A stretch of 60,253 nucleotides of DNA, counting the filler. It is 4 parts of 4 records of this genome, joined end to end, with 100 filler letters (N's around TTAATTAATTAA, not from the genome) between each part and the next. Parts side by side here need not be neighbours in the genome. Positions count along the whole stretch, not along the records: positions 33,985 to 45,516 come from SRR20825006_2510; positions 45,617 to 60,253 come from SRR20825006_2519; 2 more parts are not named here. One strand, 5' to 3'. Shown piece by piece: positions 40,527-49,942 of the stretch (its first letter is position 1; every line of letters starts with the position of its first letter). A program made the position numbers and the translations under genes. The notes beneath the pieces are model-generated. The model did not search any database. It was not told the DNA's origin and saw only the letters and a program-made list of their open reading frames with translations.

Positions 40527-41738
40527 CTAAAAATTCCAGGTCAGGCCCGCACCCGCACTGATAATACCTACCTCTATCTCATTAGCACCGAGCGTTCTAT
40601 CGGGCCCCCAACCATAACCAGCATGGAGATTAGCAGTCAGCGTATCAGTAAAGTCATAGCCTAAGCCCACTGTGATATTGTTACTCCAAGCAGGGTCAGC
40701 CAACGTCGCCTGAACAAACTGCAGGGCAGCCGGACTGAGAGGGACTGCACCACCACCAGCTTCCAAGGAACTCAAACCGCCAAGCGTGCTACCCAGATTT
40801 TCTTTCAATAATCTGCTTGTAATACTATAACCCGCACGAAGTTTTAGTTTATCTGTCACTGCATACTGACCACCCAGTTGCAGTGTATAAGTATCTCTCC
40901 AGATATCTTCGTAGGTCTTGGCATCACCCCAGTTTTTATAAATCAAGTTGGCTTCAAGCATGAAATCAGACCACAGCTCAGGAGTGGTTGAAACGCCTAA
41001 AATAAGCTCTTGGGGTTGTTCAAGCGTAAGATCAGACATTTGACCAGGCGCCGTACGAACTACATTGTCGAAATCTAATTCGAGCTCAGAGTTGTAGTTA
41101 AGACCCACTTTTACCGGTCCCAAGTCATGGATAACACCCAGTCCCCCACGTACACCAAAAGCTTCCTGTATGCCGGTATTAGATACTAGGCCAACTTCCA
41201 GGAGACTATATGCTAATGTCATCGACGCACCAATACTGGTTTTAGGTGATAGCTCATAAGCAGCGCCAACATTAGCGCCAAAATTGATATAGGTAACGGT
41301 CGGTTGAACATCTATCGTTGTTCGATAGTCAGACCCCAGACCTGAAATAACATTGAGGCCGCCACCCAGTACTATCTTGTCCGAAAGCCGCTGTCTAAAA
41401 GCGATCGAAGGCAAGAGATAATTCTCCATTTCAATCTCACCGTCATAAGCTTGACCCGGAAATGCAGTACCGTCTGAACTCGCTTCGTTGCGAACATTGA
41501 GATAGGTTGCAGCAAAGGTAAAGTCAGTATCGCCTTCCAGCTGTGTTAAGGATGCCTGGTTGCCATATACAGAGGCCACAGCATCCTGTGGATTAATATA
41601 GCCAGCACCTGCCATACCGCCCGCCGTTGGTGCTAGTTTCAGGTTTGTATCACTACCAATCGTAGCTGCATTTACGCCTGTTGCTGTCATCACAATCGCA
41701 GTTGTGAGTGCCATATTCTTAATTTTATTAATTTTCAT
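40527..41738 (-). CDS. FadL/OmpP1/TodX family outer membrane channel
   Basis: Signal peptide, hatch motif GGMAGAG...DAVASVYGNQASL (NPA-like), W.D...LGGQY...LKLRAGY, C-terminal Phe. Confidence 0.85.
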   Translation of the reverse strand: MKINKIKNMALTTAIVMTATGVNAATIGSDTNLKLAPTAGGMAGAGYINPQDAVASVYGNQASLTQLEGDTDFTFAATYLNVRNEASSDGTAFPGQAYDGEIEMENYLLPSIAFRQRLSDKIVLGGGLNVISGLGSDYRTTIDVQPTVTYINFGANVGAAYELSPKTSIGASMTLAYSLLEVGLVSNTGIQEAFGVRGGLGVIHDLGPVKVGLNYNSELELDFDNVVRTAPGQMSDLTLEQPQELILGVSTTPELWSDFMLEANLIYKNWGDAKTYEDIWRDTYTLQLGGQYAVTDKLKLRAGYSITSRLLKENLGSTLGGLSSLEAGGGAVPLSPAALQFVQATLADPAWSNNITVGLGYDFTDTLTANLHAGYGWGPDRTLGANEIEVGIISAGAGLTWNF

Positions 41739-41993
41739 TCTCTCACCTCGTATAGTCTTCCACTGAAGCAGTCTGTTGCCCCTATTAGTAAGACTACACG
41801 CTTATTACCATATGATAAAAGAATATTTATTTATAGAATAAAGAGATTCTATGCTTTTTTCATAGAGCACAAAAATAGAATATAAAAATCTATTTAATTC
41901 AATAGTATTTAGTTTATTAATTACTTTTAGAGGAAGAAACAAAGGGTGGCCACGTTAAAAATAAGATTTAAAGTTAAATATAGATATATGTTT

Positions 41994-42869
41994 TTATAAT
42001 TTAACACTCATTAAATCATACGCTAATTCAGCACGTCCTTTGAAAAGGGATTGTATTTCCTGGCTAAGATTCCGGGGCTCTACCCCGATGATTAATAGGT
42101 GATTGAATAAAGTTCGCTCAGGTTGAATAGCGTCAATCACTTTTCTCGCTTGTTGCAATGAGGTGTGGTAATCAGAAATCTTTTTTAATTTACGATTATG
42201 TTCAATCAGCGTTGGCTTAATAACAGCCAGTTCATGAATCAATAGATCCAGATCTTTCCCATGATGAATCAGGTTCTTGGAAAGAGTTGTATCGCCGGAC
42301 AACAATACAGAATGCTTATCCGTATCGAACCTGTAGCCGTAGGCATTTTCTACAGAGCCGTGGTCTACTTTGATTGCGGTAATCTTTACATCCTTATCTT
42401 TGTAGATGACCCCTTGCTGAACTGGCATAACATTCAGTTTCAGTCCCTCTCGCGATAACCTAGTCTGTTGGTTTCTGAAAGCTATATCACTCGAAAAGGT
42501 TTTTTGAGTATGACTAATGAAGTTTTCGACGCCTTCAGGACCATAAACATTGAGTTCATTTTTCCTTTGCCAGATCCAGCCTGTTAACCATAAATCGGCA
42601 AAGCCCGTGATGTGATCAGAGTGTAAGTGAGTAAGGAAAAGATGGTCGATCTCTGCAGGATTTATTCCTATTTGATTGAGCCGGATTGTTGCTCCCCTGC
42701 CTACATCAAATAAATATTTTTTATCCTTATATTCTATTAAGATTGAAGGACCAAACCTTTCAATACTGGGGATCGGTGTGCCCGATCCCAGTATGGTAAC
42801 CTCCAAAGCATCAGCATATACATTTAACGAGAACAGTAATAAGGCTATGCTCGCCAGAAAATTCAGCAT
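41994..42869 (-). CDS. Secreted RNase Z-type metallo-beta-lactamase fold hydrolase (arylsulfatase-like)
   Basis: Signal peptide, LGSGTP, THLHSDH, VDH, SGDT, IHE, YHTS, FNH. Confidence 0.85.
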   Translation of the reverse strand: MLNFLASIALLLFSLNVYADALEVTILGSGTPIPSIERFGPSILIEYKDKKYLFDVGRGATIRLNQIGINPAEIDHLFLTHLHSDHITGFADLWLTGWIWQRKNELNVYGPEGVENFISHTQKTFSSDIAFRNQQTRLSREGLKLNVMPVQQGVIYKDKDVKITAIKVDHGSVENAYGYRFDTDKHSVLLSGDTTLSKNLIHHGKDLDLLIHELAVIKPTLIEHNRKLKKISDYHTSLQQARKVIDAIQPERTLFNHLLIIGVEPRNLSQEIQSLFKGRAELAYDLMSVKL

Positions 42870-42872
42870 TTT

Positions 42873-44612
42873 TTATCTGCTGTGAGTATATGGAATCTTG
42901 GGTGATTTATTACCAATATAAAGGTCCGTAATTGTGGACTCAAAGACTTCCGTTGCGAAGCCAACAGTTTCAGATAAAGTTGGATGGGGATGAATGGTTG
43001 CTGTTATAGCATGTGCTTTAAGTCTGTTTTCAATCGCCAGGGACACTTCAGCTATCAAGTCCCCCGCACTGACACCTACGATCCCGGCACCGATAATCTC
43101 ATCCGTTGCAAGATCGAATAATATCTTTGTTTTACCCTCACCCCGACCCAGACTAAGTGCACGTCCACTAGCTGCCCAAGGGAACATGCCTACTCCATAG
43201 GGAATACCTTGTCTTTTTGCTTGCTTTTCTGTGAGCCCAACCCATGCCACTTCAGGATCTGTATAAGCAACGGAGGGAACAACTGTTGCGTCGTATCTAC
43301 TATGCAAACCAGATATCACTTCAGCGGCAATTTTTCCTTCATGTATGGCTTTATGGGCTAGCATAGGTTTACTTGCTACGTCACCAATCGCGTAGATATT
43401 CGGCATATTTGTGCGTTGATATTTATCAACGGGTATGAATCCCGACTCATCGATATATACGCCGGCAAGATCAGCATCTAAGACTTTGCCGTTAGGGTGT
43501 CGACCAATGGAAACTAAAATTTTATCAAAGGCCTGATGAGTAGGAATTTCATCATTGCCATCAAAATGAACTAACAACTCGTCAGGCTTCGCCTCGACCT
43601 TTGTTACTAAAGTTTCCAGGTAGACATCATATTTCTCAATGATGTGTTCATATAAAGGTCTAACAATATCACCATCACACTCAGGAATTAATTGATCATA
43701 TTTAGCTGCCACAGTGACTTTACTGCCCAGCGCATTATAGATCGAAGCCATTTCCAGCCCTATAATACCGCCGCCAATTATCAGTAACCTTTCTGGAATA
43801 TCTTTGAGTTCCAGCGCATCCGCAGAGTCAATAATTCTTGGATCATCAGGAAGGTTGGCAATCTTATTGGCCCTTGAGCCAGCTGCAATAATGACATTCG
43901 TAAAATTAATCGTTTGTTGTTGCTCAGTATCAGGATTCGTGATTATAAGTTGATTACTATTTAGAAACTTGGCGGTACCCTGAATGGTTTTAACTTTCCT
44001 AAGCCTTGCCAACTCTTCAATCCCGCTTGTCAGGTTTGTTAATACTTTATCTTTCCACGAACTGATTTTTTCTATATTCAATTTTGGTTTGGAAAACTCA
44101 ACGCCAAATTCGCTGACTTCATGCGCTTCATTGATTGCTTTGGCAACATGCAGTAATGATTTTGATGGAATACAACCAACATTAAGGCAAGTGCCCCCCA
44201 AAGATGGGTATCTTTCAATAAGTACAACACTTAAACCAAGATCTGCTGCTCTAAAAGCAGCTGTGTAACCACCAGGACCTGAACCAATTATTGCGACATC
44301 GTAAGGATGACTTTCAGTCTCTTTTTCATCAGTTGAGTTCGAAGATGATTCTGTTTCAGAAACAATGGTCTCTACGGGATCGATAACCATATATGAAATA
44401 CCGTTTGAAACTTTTTGACCTACCGTCACTAAAACTTCTTCGACAACACCTGAGGTTTCTGGTGTTATCTCTATAACGGATTTATCACCCTCGACTACAA
44501 GAACCACGTCACTTTGCTTGATAAAATCTCCCTCGTTGACGTGAATCTGAATTACTTCATAGACCTCTTTTTCATCACCACTGACGTTCTCTAGTGTAAT
44601 TTCTAAACTCAT
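42873..44612 (-). CDS. lpdA: Dihydrolipoamide dehydrogenase with N-terminal lipoyl domain
   Basis: Lipoyl motif VEGDKS, GSGPGG, GGTCLNVGCIPSK, GGGIIGLE, HPHPTLSE. Confidence 0.93.
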   Translation of the reverse strand: MSLEITLENVSGDEKEVYEVIQIHVNEGDFIKQSDVVLVVEGDKSVIEITPETSGVVEEVLVTVGQKVSNGISYMVIDPVETIVSETESSSNSTDEKETESHPYDVAIIGSGPGGYTAAFRAADLGLSVVLIERYPSLGGTCLNVGCIPSKSLLHVAKAINEAHEVSEFGVEFSKPKLNIEKISSWKDKVLTNLTSGIEELARLRKVKTIQGTAKFLNSNQLIITNPDTEQQQTINFTNVIIAAGSRANKIANLPDDPRIIDSADALELKDIPERLLIIGGGIIGLEMASIYNALGSKVTVAAKYDQLIPECDGDIVRPLYEHIIEKYDVYLETLVTKVEAKPDELLVHFDGNDEIPTHQAFDKILVSIGRHPNGKVLDADLAGVYIDESGFIPVDKYQRTNMPNIYAIGDVASKPMLAHKAIHEGKIAAEVISGLHSRYDATVVPSVAYTDPEVAWVGLTEKQAKRQGIPYGVGMFPWAASGRALSLGRGEGKTKILFDLATDEIIGAGIVGVSAGDLIAEVSLAIENRLKAHAITATIHPHPTLSETVGFATEVFESTITDLYIGNKSPKIPYTHSR

Positions 44613-44680
44613 GTTTACCTCACTATCACACAGGACCCAAAGAGGCTTTAACTTCGATTAAGGTATTCTTTACCAAAAGT

Positions 44681-44732
44681 AAAAAAAACGTTGATCCAGT
44701 ATTGATATATCCTGACTCGACCAACGTTTTTT
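44681..44732 (-). terminator. Stem-loop with U-tract between the osmC-like gene and lpdA
   Basis: AAAAAACGTTG (44683-44693) / CAACGTTTTTT (44722-44732). Confidence 0.6.
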
Positions 44733-44769
44733 CATAATCAAATCTCTATTGTTTATTAGAGCTATTCGT

Positions 44770-45318
44770 TTAAACAGCCACTTTCGGTTCAGTACGGAAC
44801 AGTTCTCTTCCATGTACTTTTGCAGTTCCTGCAACGGCAATCTCTCTCAAAAGCGTATCCATTACAGGGCAATGGCTCTCTACCGTTTCGATAAGTTTCT
44901 TCAGTGTTTCATCATCGGCATCACTTTCGATATTAGTTTCAAAAGTAATCTTGGTGTATCCAGCTGGGGTAGTGTCATCCAGACCAAACATACCATTTAA
45001 ATTAATATCACCTTTGAGAGAAACTTTAACTGACTCCAGTTTGACGTCCATTACTGAAGCATAAGCCGCATACATGATTTCTTGGCATGTACCCAGTGCT
45101 ACCAACACAAGCTCAACAGGATTTGGACCGGCATTTTTACCGCCTAATTCAGGTGGCTCATCGATGGTCATGGGTGAAAAGTCTCTAATTTGTGCCGAAC
45201 ACCTCACATCTTCAACCCATTCGGTATTCGCCTTAAAAAAGATATTTGCCGCTTTAGGGTTTGCCTGGATGCCACCGATGGCTTTCAACATTGCTGCTTT
45301 TACATCTTCTTGTGCCAT
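44770..45318 (-). CDS. OsmC/Ohr family protein
   Basis: IDEPPELGG...GPNPVELVLVALGTC and ESHCPV, the two-Cys OsmC signature. Confidence 0.92.
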   Translation of the reverse strand: MAQEDVKAAMLKAIGGIQANPKAANIFFKANTEWVEDVRCSAQIRDFSPMTIDEPPELGGKNAGPNPVELVLVALGTCQEIMYAAYASVMDVKLESVKVSLKGDINLNGMFGLDDTTPAGYTKITFETNIESDADDETLKKLIETVESHCPVMDTLLREIAVAGTAKVHGRELFRTEPKVAV

Positions 45319-45516
45319 GATATTCCTCTCTCATTATCTAAATGTCATTTCAACAAGCTACCTTGCTGTTACTTGATTATATATTTATTTAAAATATATA
45401 GAAATAACCTTTATTTATATGCAGGGCACGCTTTAGAACTTAATCGCATAGACTCCTCTTTAAATCAGATTTAAACATCATAAGTCGAGGCAGAGACATT
45501 ACCGCCACGACCGGTC

Positions 45517-45616
45517 NNNNNNNNNNNNNNNNNNNNNNNNNNNNNNNNNNNNNNNNNNNNTTAATTAATTAANNNNNNNNNNNNNNNNNNNNNNNNNNNN
45601 NNNNNNNNNNNNNNNN
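45517..45616. other. Artificial contig-joining spacer
   Basis: 44 N + TTAATTAATTAA + 44 N. Confidence 0.97.
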
Positions 45617-45699
45617 TTTGATAAAATGAAAATTCGAAAAAGCATAAGGATAAAAATCTTTACTCTATACTCTTTATTTTTGCTTCCTTCGAACTTTTT

Positions 45700-45763
45700 A
45701 CTTCCGTCTCCCGACTTCGGACTTCCGACTTTTTCAATCTTTCAATTCTTTAATCTTTTAATC
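45700..45763. repeat. Short heptamer and octamer tandem repeats
   Basis: acttccg tctcccg acttcgg acttccg, then tttcaatc tttcaatt ctttaatc ttttaatc. Confidence 0.55.
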
Positions 45764-45789
45764 AAATCATAAGACTAAATACTGCACAG

Positions 45790-47052
45790 CTAATTCTTAA
45801 TAACTCGACTACTTAAAATAGTACGTTCTTTGAGGAGGAGTGGAACCACAATAGAAAAGAAAACGATTCCGTTAAAACGCACCAACATAGATTCGAATAT
45901 TAACGCTAGAAAAAGTGCTAAAAACACTGAAAACTCATTAAAACTTCTACGGGTATGCAACGTTAGATTGGTAAAAATAACCATTAAAACAAACACTCCA
46001 ATCAATCCTGTTTGCAACCAAGTTTCTAAAAACTGATTATGGGCATTATATCTATGTTTATAATTTTCTGTATACCCTAAGTCGTTATAACCCTCTATCA
46101 AAACATCATGCGCATCCCCTACTCCATATCCAAATAAAGGAGCTACTTCAATAGTTTTTATGGCTGCCTTCCAAGACAACATTCTTTCTTTCCAAGAAAT
46201 AGTAGGATTCACTTCAGCTACCTCATCTGGGAAGTTATTTATAGGATTTACTATTCTAGGATTACTTATAAAAATAAGGGTACTTAAACCAAATACTAGA
46301 ATTAATAAATACTTTTTGCTTTTATCTGCTACCTTAAGAATCAATAAAATCGACATACAAAATAGTGTTATATAAGCTGCTTTGGAGGCCAATAAAAAAA
46401 GGTAGGCAAATAAAATAATAACTGTTAGAAACCGCCAAATAGTATTAAGTTCGTTTTTAAGGTAGTAGCTTAAAACTAATAAAATATACAAAGAAACATA
46501 CCCTGGATTAATTAAACTCGAAAACTGTATATGCATAAAAAATTTCCAGCCTATAGCTAAACTCTTCCAAAATGACACATTTGAAGGCAAACTATTTGCT
46601 ATTAAAAAAGCATCATAAATTACAATGGTAAGGTTTATAAAAAAGGAAATTACTAATCCATACAGTAAAAAGTTAAAGAGCTTTCGAACAGATAACGCAT
46701 CTTCTTTTAAAAAGAGAAATATTATTGGAAAGAGTAATAAAGTTAACGACCGCTGGATAAGATGCCAACCATCTGAAGTATTCTGAGTATAAATTATACT
46801 CACAACCAGTATTACAAAATATAAAGGAAAAAGTAATAATACCCGATTTTTAGAATCGTACTTTTTTTCGCTTTTAAAAATATTAATACAACCACAAACA
46901 ATAGCTACACTAATAAAAGGAGTAGGAATATTAATATCTATAGGAAGAAAGAAAAAAGCAATGTACAAGCTATTCCAAAATATACGTTGCAACAAGCTGC
47001 TATTTTCATCTTGATAAAATGCAGCTTTTATGTTTTTTATAGTTGCAATCAA
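45790..47052 (-). CDS. O-antigen ligase family (Wzy_C/WaaL-like) protein
   Basis: Multi-TM; ERMLSW...PLFGYGVG...YNAHNQFLETWLQTGLIG. Confidence 0.85.
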   Translation of the reverse strand: MIATIKNIKAAFYQDENSSLLQRIFWNSLYIAFFFLPIDINIPTPFISVAIVCGCINIFKSEKKYDSKNRVLLLFPLYFVILVVSIIYTQNTSDGWHLIQRSLTLLLFPIIFLFLKEDALSVRKLFNFLLYGLVISFFINLTIVIYDAFLIANSLPSNVSFWKSLAIGWKFFMHIQFSSLINPGYVSLYILLVLSYYLKNELNTIWRFLTVIILFAYLFLLASKAAYITLFCMSILLILKVADKSKKYLLILVFGLSTLIFISNPRIVNPINNFPDEVAEVNPTISWKERMLSWKAAIKTIEVAPLFGYGVGDAHDVLIEGYNDLGYTENYKHRYNAHNQFLETWLQTGLIGVFVLMVIFTNLTLHTRRSFNEFSVFLALFLALIFESMLVRFNGIVFFSIVVPLLLKERTILSSRVIKN

Positions 47053-47100
47053 TAGTATTTTAGTTTTTTATATTATAAGTGTTATTTAATTAAAAGCCCT

Positions 47101-48228
47101 TCACTTCTTTTTAAATTTACCTTTAAATCCATCTACTTTTCTCTTAAAGAATATCTTACGCTTAAGGTTAGCGAAGCTATAGTCTAATCTATAAAAAAGA
47201 TATGCTAAAAACACTACTGTAAGCACTAAAGCTATAATCATCCATAAATTATTAGATGTACTACCTAAAACAATAAGAAGTACAACAAAAATAAAATTAA
47301 AACTAGCAATAATAAAACTAGCTTGTTGATGACTTAAATTTAAATAATCTACTAAAATATGGTGTGTATGGTTTCTATCTGGTGAAAATGGCCCTCGCTT
47401 ATTTACAATTCGCAATGTAAACACACGAGCCGTATCAAACAAAGGCACTATTAATATTCCAATTGCAACTAGCGGTGCATTCTCTAATAAAAATGGTAAT
47501 TGTTTATATGAAGTAGGCTTTAAAGCCAAAAATTTTAAAGTAAACATTGCTATCATAAAACCAACAATAAGAGAACCTGTATCTCCCATAAATATTTTAC
47601 GCGTTGAAGATAAATTATATCCTAGAAAAGCAATTAAACAAGCATTAAGCGCTATACACAGTAATGCGTAAAAATACTCATTGGACATATAAAATATGGT
47701 GGTGTATAACATTAAAATAACTATCCCAACCATAGCTGCTAAACCATCTATCCCATCAATAAGGTTATACGCATTTATAATTGTAATCATTAAAAAACCT
47801 CCAATAAGCAAGTATAAAAAATAAGGGATTTCATTAATATTAAGAAATCCATGCAAGGAAGTAATTACAAAACTATCACTTGCTAAAACAAACGAAACAG
47901 CCATTACTTGTGCAGCCAATTTTGTTAAAGGAGATAATACTACCAAGTCATCCTTTAAACCAACTATAAACAAAATTGTCAATCCTGGAATTAAGTAAAT
48001 AGCTTCGTTATGAAGATCTTTGTCTTTTAAAAAGAAAATGGCAAAAATTAAACAATAGAAAAAAGCAACTCCCCCTAATGTTGGTGTTACCTGAGTATGA
48101 GAACTTCTATCATTGGGATTGTCCATTAACTTTTTATACTGTACAACTCCTATAATTTTAGGAATTGTTAAGTATGTTAAAAGAAAAGCACCTACAAATA
48201 ATAATACGGCAGTTTCTAAAAAATACAT
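47101..48228 (-). CDS. Undecaprenyl-phosphate HexNAc-1-phosphate transferase (WecA/MraY family); start probably ATG 48228
   Basis: RSSH...PTLGG, GLKDD, NAYNLIDGIDGL, IFMGDTGS, PDRNHTHH. Confidence 0.9.
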   Translation of the reverse strand: MYFLETAVLLFVGAFLLTYLTIPKIIGVVQYKKLMDNPNDRSSHTQVTPTLGGVAFFYCLIFAIFFLKDKDLHNEAIYLIPGLTILFIVGLKDDLVVLSPLTKLAAQVMAVSFVLASDSFVITSLHGFLNINEIPYFLYLLIGGFLMITIINAYNLIDGIDGLAAMVGIVILMLYTTIFYMSNEYFYALLCIALNACLIAFLGYNLSSTRKIFMGDTGSLIVGFMIAMFTLKFLALKPTSYKQLPFLLENAPLVAIGILIVPLFDTARVFTLRIVNKRGPFSPDRNHTHHILVDYLNLSHQQASFIIASFNFIFVVLLIVLGSTSNNLWMIIALVLTVVFLAYLFYRLDYSFANLKRKIFFKRKVDGFKGKFKKK

Positions 48229-48232
48229 ATTC

Positions 48233-48937
48233 TTATAATTTATTAAGTACAATTTTAATAAAAAACTGTCCTAAATTTAACTGTCTTCTCCACCTTGTAG
48301 GTTCTTTTAACAATCTATAGAACCATTCTAACCCTAATTTTTGAAAACTTTTCGGAGCTCTATTTATTTTCCTTGTATACACATCAAAACTTCCACCTAA
48401 TCCCATGTACAATGTAGGGTACTCATTTAAAAATTGTTGCATTAAAAACTCTTGTTTAGGGCTTCCCATAGCAATAAAAACTACATTTGGCTTTTTTTTA
48501 ATTACATCTTTCAATAATGCTTCTTCCTCACCTTCTTTTAAATAGCCATCCCTATAACCAACAATGTTAATTTTAGGGAAGTCTTTTTTAAGTTGAGATA
48601 CTGTTTTTTCAATTACTTCTTTTGAAGCTCCTACAATATAAAAAGATTTGGTAGTTTCAAATTTTTTAATGATATCTAACCAAAACTCAGCACCCGCTAT
48701 TTTAGTTGCATTTATCCCTTTTCGTTTTAAAGCCAATACCGCACCAATTCCGTCTGGATATCCAATATTTTTATTAATTAAGGCCTCTAACTTAGTGTCC
48801 TCTTTATTTAATTTTTCAGCATTTAATGCAACTAATATTTTATTTTTATCGCCAATATAGTTTAAAAACTGATTTTTAGAGGTAAAGGCATAAATCTTCT
48901 TACCTCTAATTAATGCTGACTTAATATTATTATCCAT
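48233..48937 (-). CDS. WecG/TagA/CpsF family glycosyltransferase (GT26)
   Basis: ALNAEK, YPDGIG, AMGSPKQE, MGLGGSFDV, LEWFYRLLKEPTRWRR. Confidence 0.92.
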   Translation of the reverse strand: MDNNIKSALIRGKKIYAFTSKNQFLNYIGDKNKILVALNAEKLNKEDTKLEALINKNIGYPDGIGAVLALKRKGINATKIAGAEFWLDIIKKFETTKSFYIVGASKEVIEKTVSQLKKDFPKINIVGYRDGYLKEGEEEALLKDVIKKKPNVVFIAMGSPKQEFLMQQFLNEYPTLYMGLGGSFDVYTRKINRAPKSFQKLGLEWFYRLLKEPTRWRRQLNLGQFFIKIVLNKL

Positions 48938-48952
48938 GAAAAATACAATAAA

Positions 48953-49942
48953 TTACCCCTTGTAAATTACAAACTTATGTGTTTTAACAGTAGCTGCAAT
49001 GAACTTATTTAACTTTTTTAATGAATAAGGAGTAAATGCCTTAGGGTGACCAATTAAAACAAAATTTCCTTTATTTTTTGTTTTTCTTACATACTTCTTT
49101 AAGGCTTTAAACAACAGTTTAGCTTTGCACCCATCTATTGAAACTACCGTATGCGAAGGTCTGGTTAATAACCTAACCAATTCTTTTTTATCTATCGCAA
49201 CCGCACTACCGTCTCCAAAAGAAACATGTTTGTTTTGCTTTAACATCTTTTTTAAGGCAAACTCCCAAAAGAAAAATGGACTGACTCTCTGTGCACTTAT
49301 TGCAATTTCTTTAAATTTTCCTTTTGAATCTTGAATTGTTAAATCATCAGAAAAAGTAAACTCGGTTGTATAGTCTTTAATATTTCTAAAATCGAAAGAT
49401 TGATTTTTTGAACGATAATAGCCTCCGGGGTATACGGTACTATCTATAAAGATATCATTTGCTTCTAAAGCCTTTTTTATTGGTGCAAATGGCTGAGCAC
49501 TCCACCCCCCTGCCCTATATGCTACAGGAGTTGCTCCTGAAACTCTTTTTAATACACCATTGTATCGAGTCACTATATCGAGTACTTCTGTTTCTGAAAA
49601 ATCGGCTAATTTATAACGCTCTGTATTAAATACCCAATTTTCACCATCATAATAAGTATCTTCCCAGTGTGGATGGATATGAAGTTCGATTCCATGTCCT
49701 TCTGCATGCAATTTTTTTAATTGGTGTGTAACTTTATCATAGTCACTTTGTAATTGACTAAAATCGTCTTTATACTTCTCTAGCGCCCATAAATACCCTG
49801 CATCTACAAAACAAACAAACTTTATGTTGTATGGATTAACTATTTTTAACAACTCTTCAGTTGGTTCAATTATACACTTTTCCACCGAGCCACTTCTAGC
49901 ACCAAAAAAAAGTTCGTAATCTAAGGTTATGTAAATATTCAT
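48953..49942 (-). CDS. Polysaccharide deacetylase (CE4/NodB-like)
   Basis: ITLDYE, ELHIHPH, YRAGGW, IGHPK. Confidence 0.8.
   Translation of the reverse strand: MNIYITLDYELFFGARSGSVEKCIIEPTEELLKIVNPYNIKFVCFVDAGYLWALEKYKDDFSQLQSDYDKVTHQLKKLHAEGHGIELHIHPHWEDTYYDGENWVFNTERYKLADFSETEVLDIVTRYNGVLKRVSGATPVAYRAGGWSAQPFAPIKKALEANDIFIDSTVYPGGYYRSKNQSFDFRNIKDYTTEFTFSDDLTIQDSKGKFKEIAISAQRVSPFFFWEFALKKMLKQNKHVSFGDGSAVAIDKKELVRLLTRPSHTVVSIDGCKAKLLFKALKKYVRKTKNKGNFVLIGHPKAFTPYSLKKLNKFIAATVKTHKFVIYKG

Noticed and set aside
33985-45516. Gammaproteobacterial island inserted in a Flavobacteriaceae chromosome
   Set aside because: Both boundaries are artificial spacers, so there is no sequence evidence of physical linkage.
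45472-45516. Possible 3' end of a gene upstream of osmC (…TGRGGNVSASTYDV*, minus strand)
   Set aside because: Only about 14 codons before the spacer; too short to support or identify.
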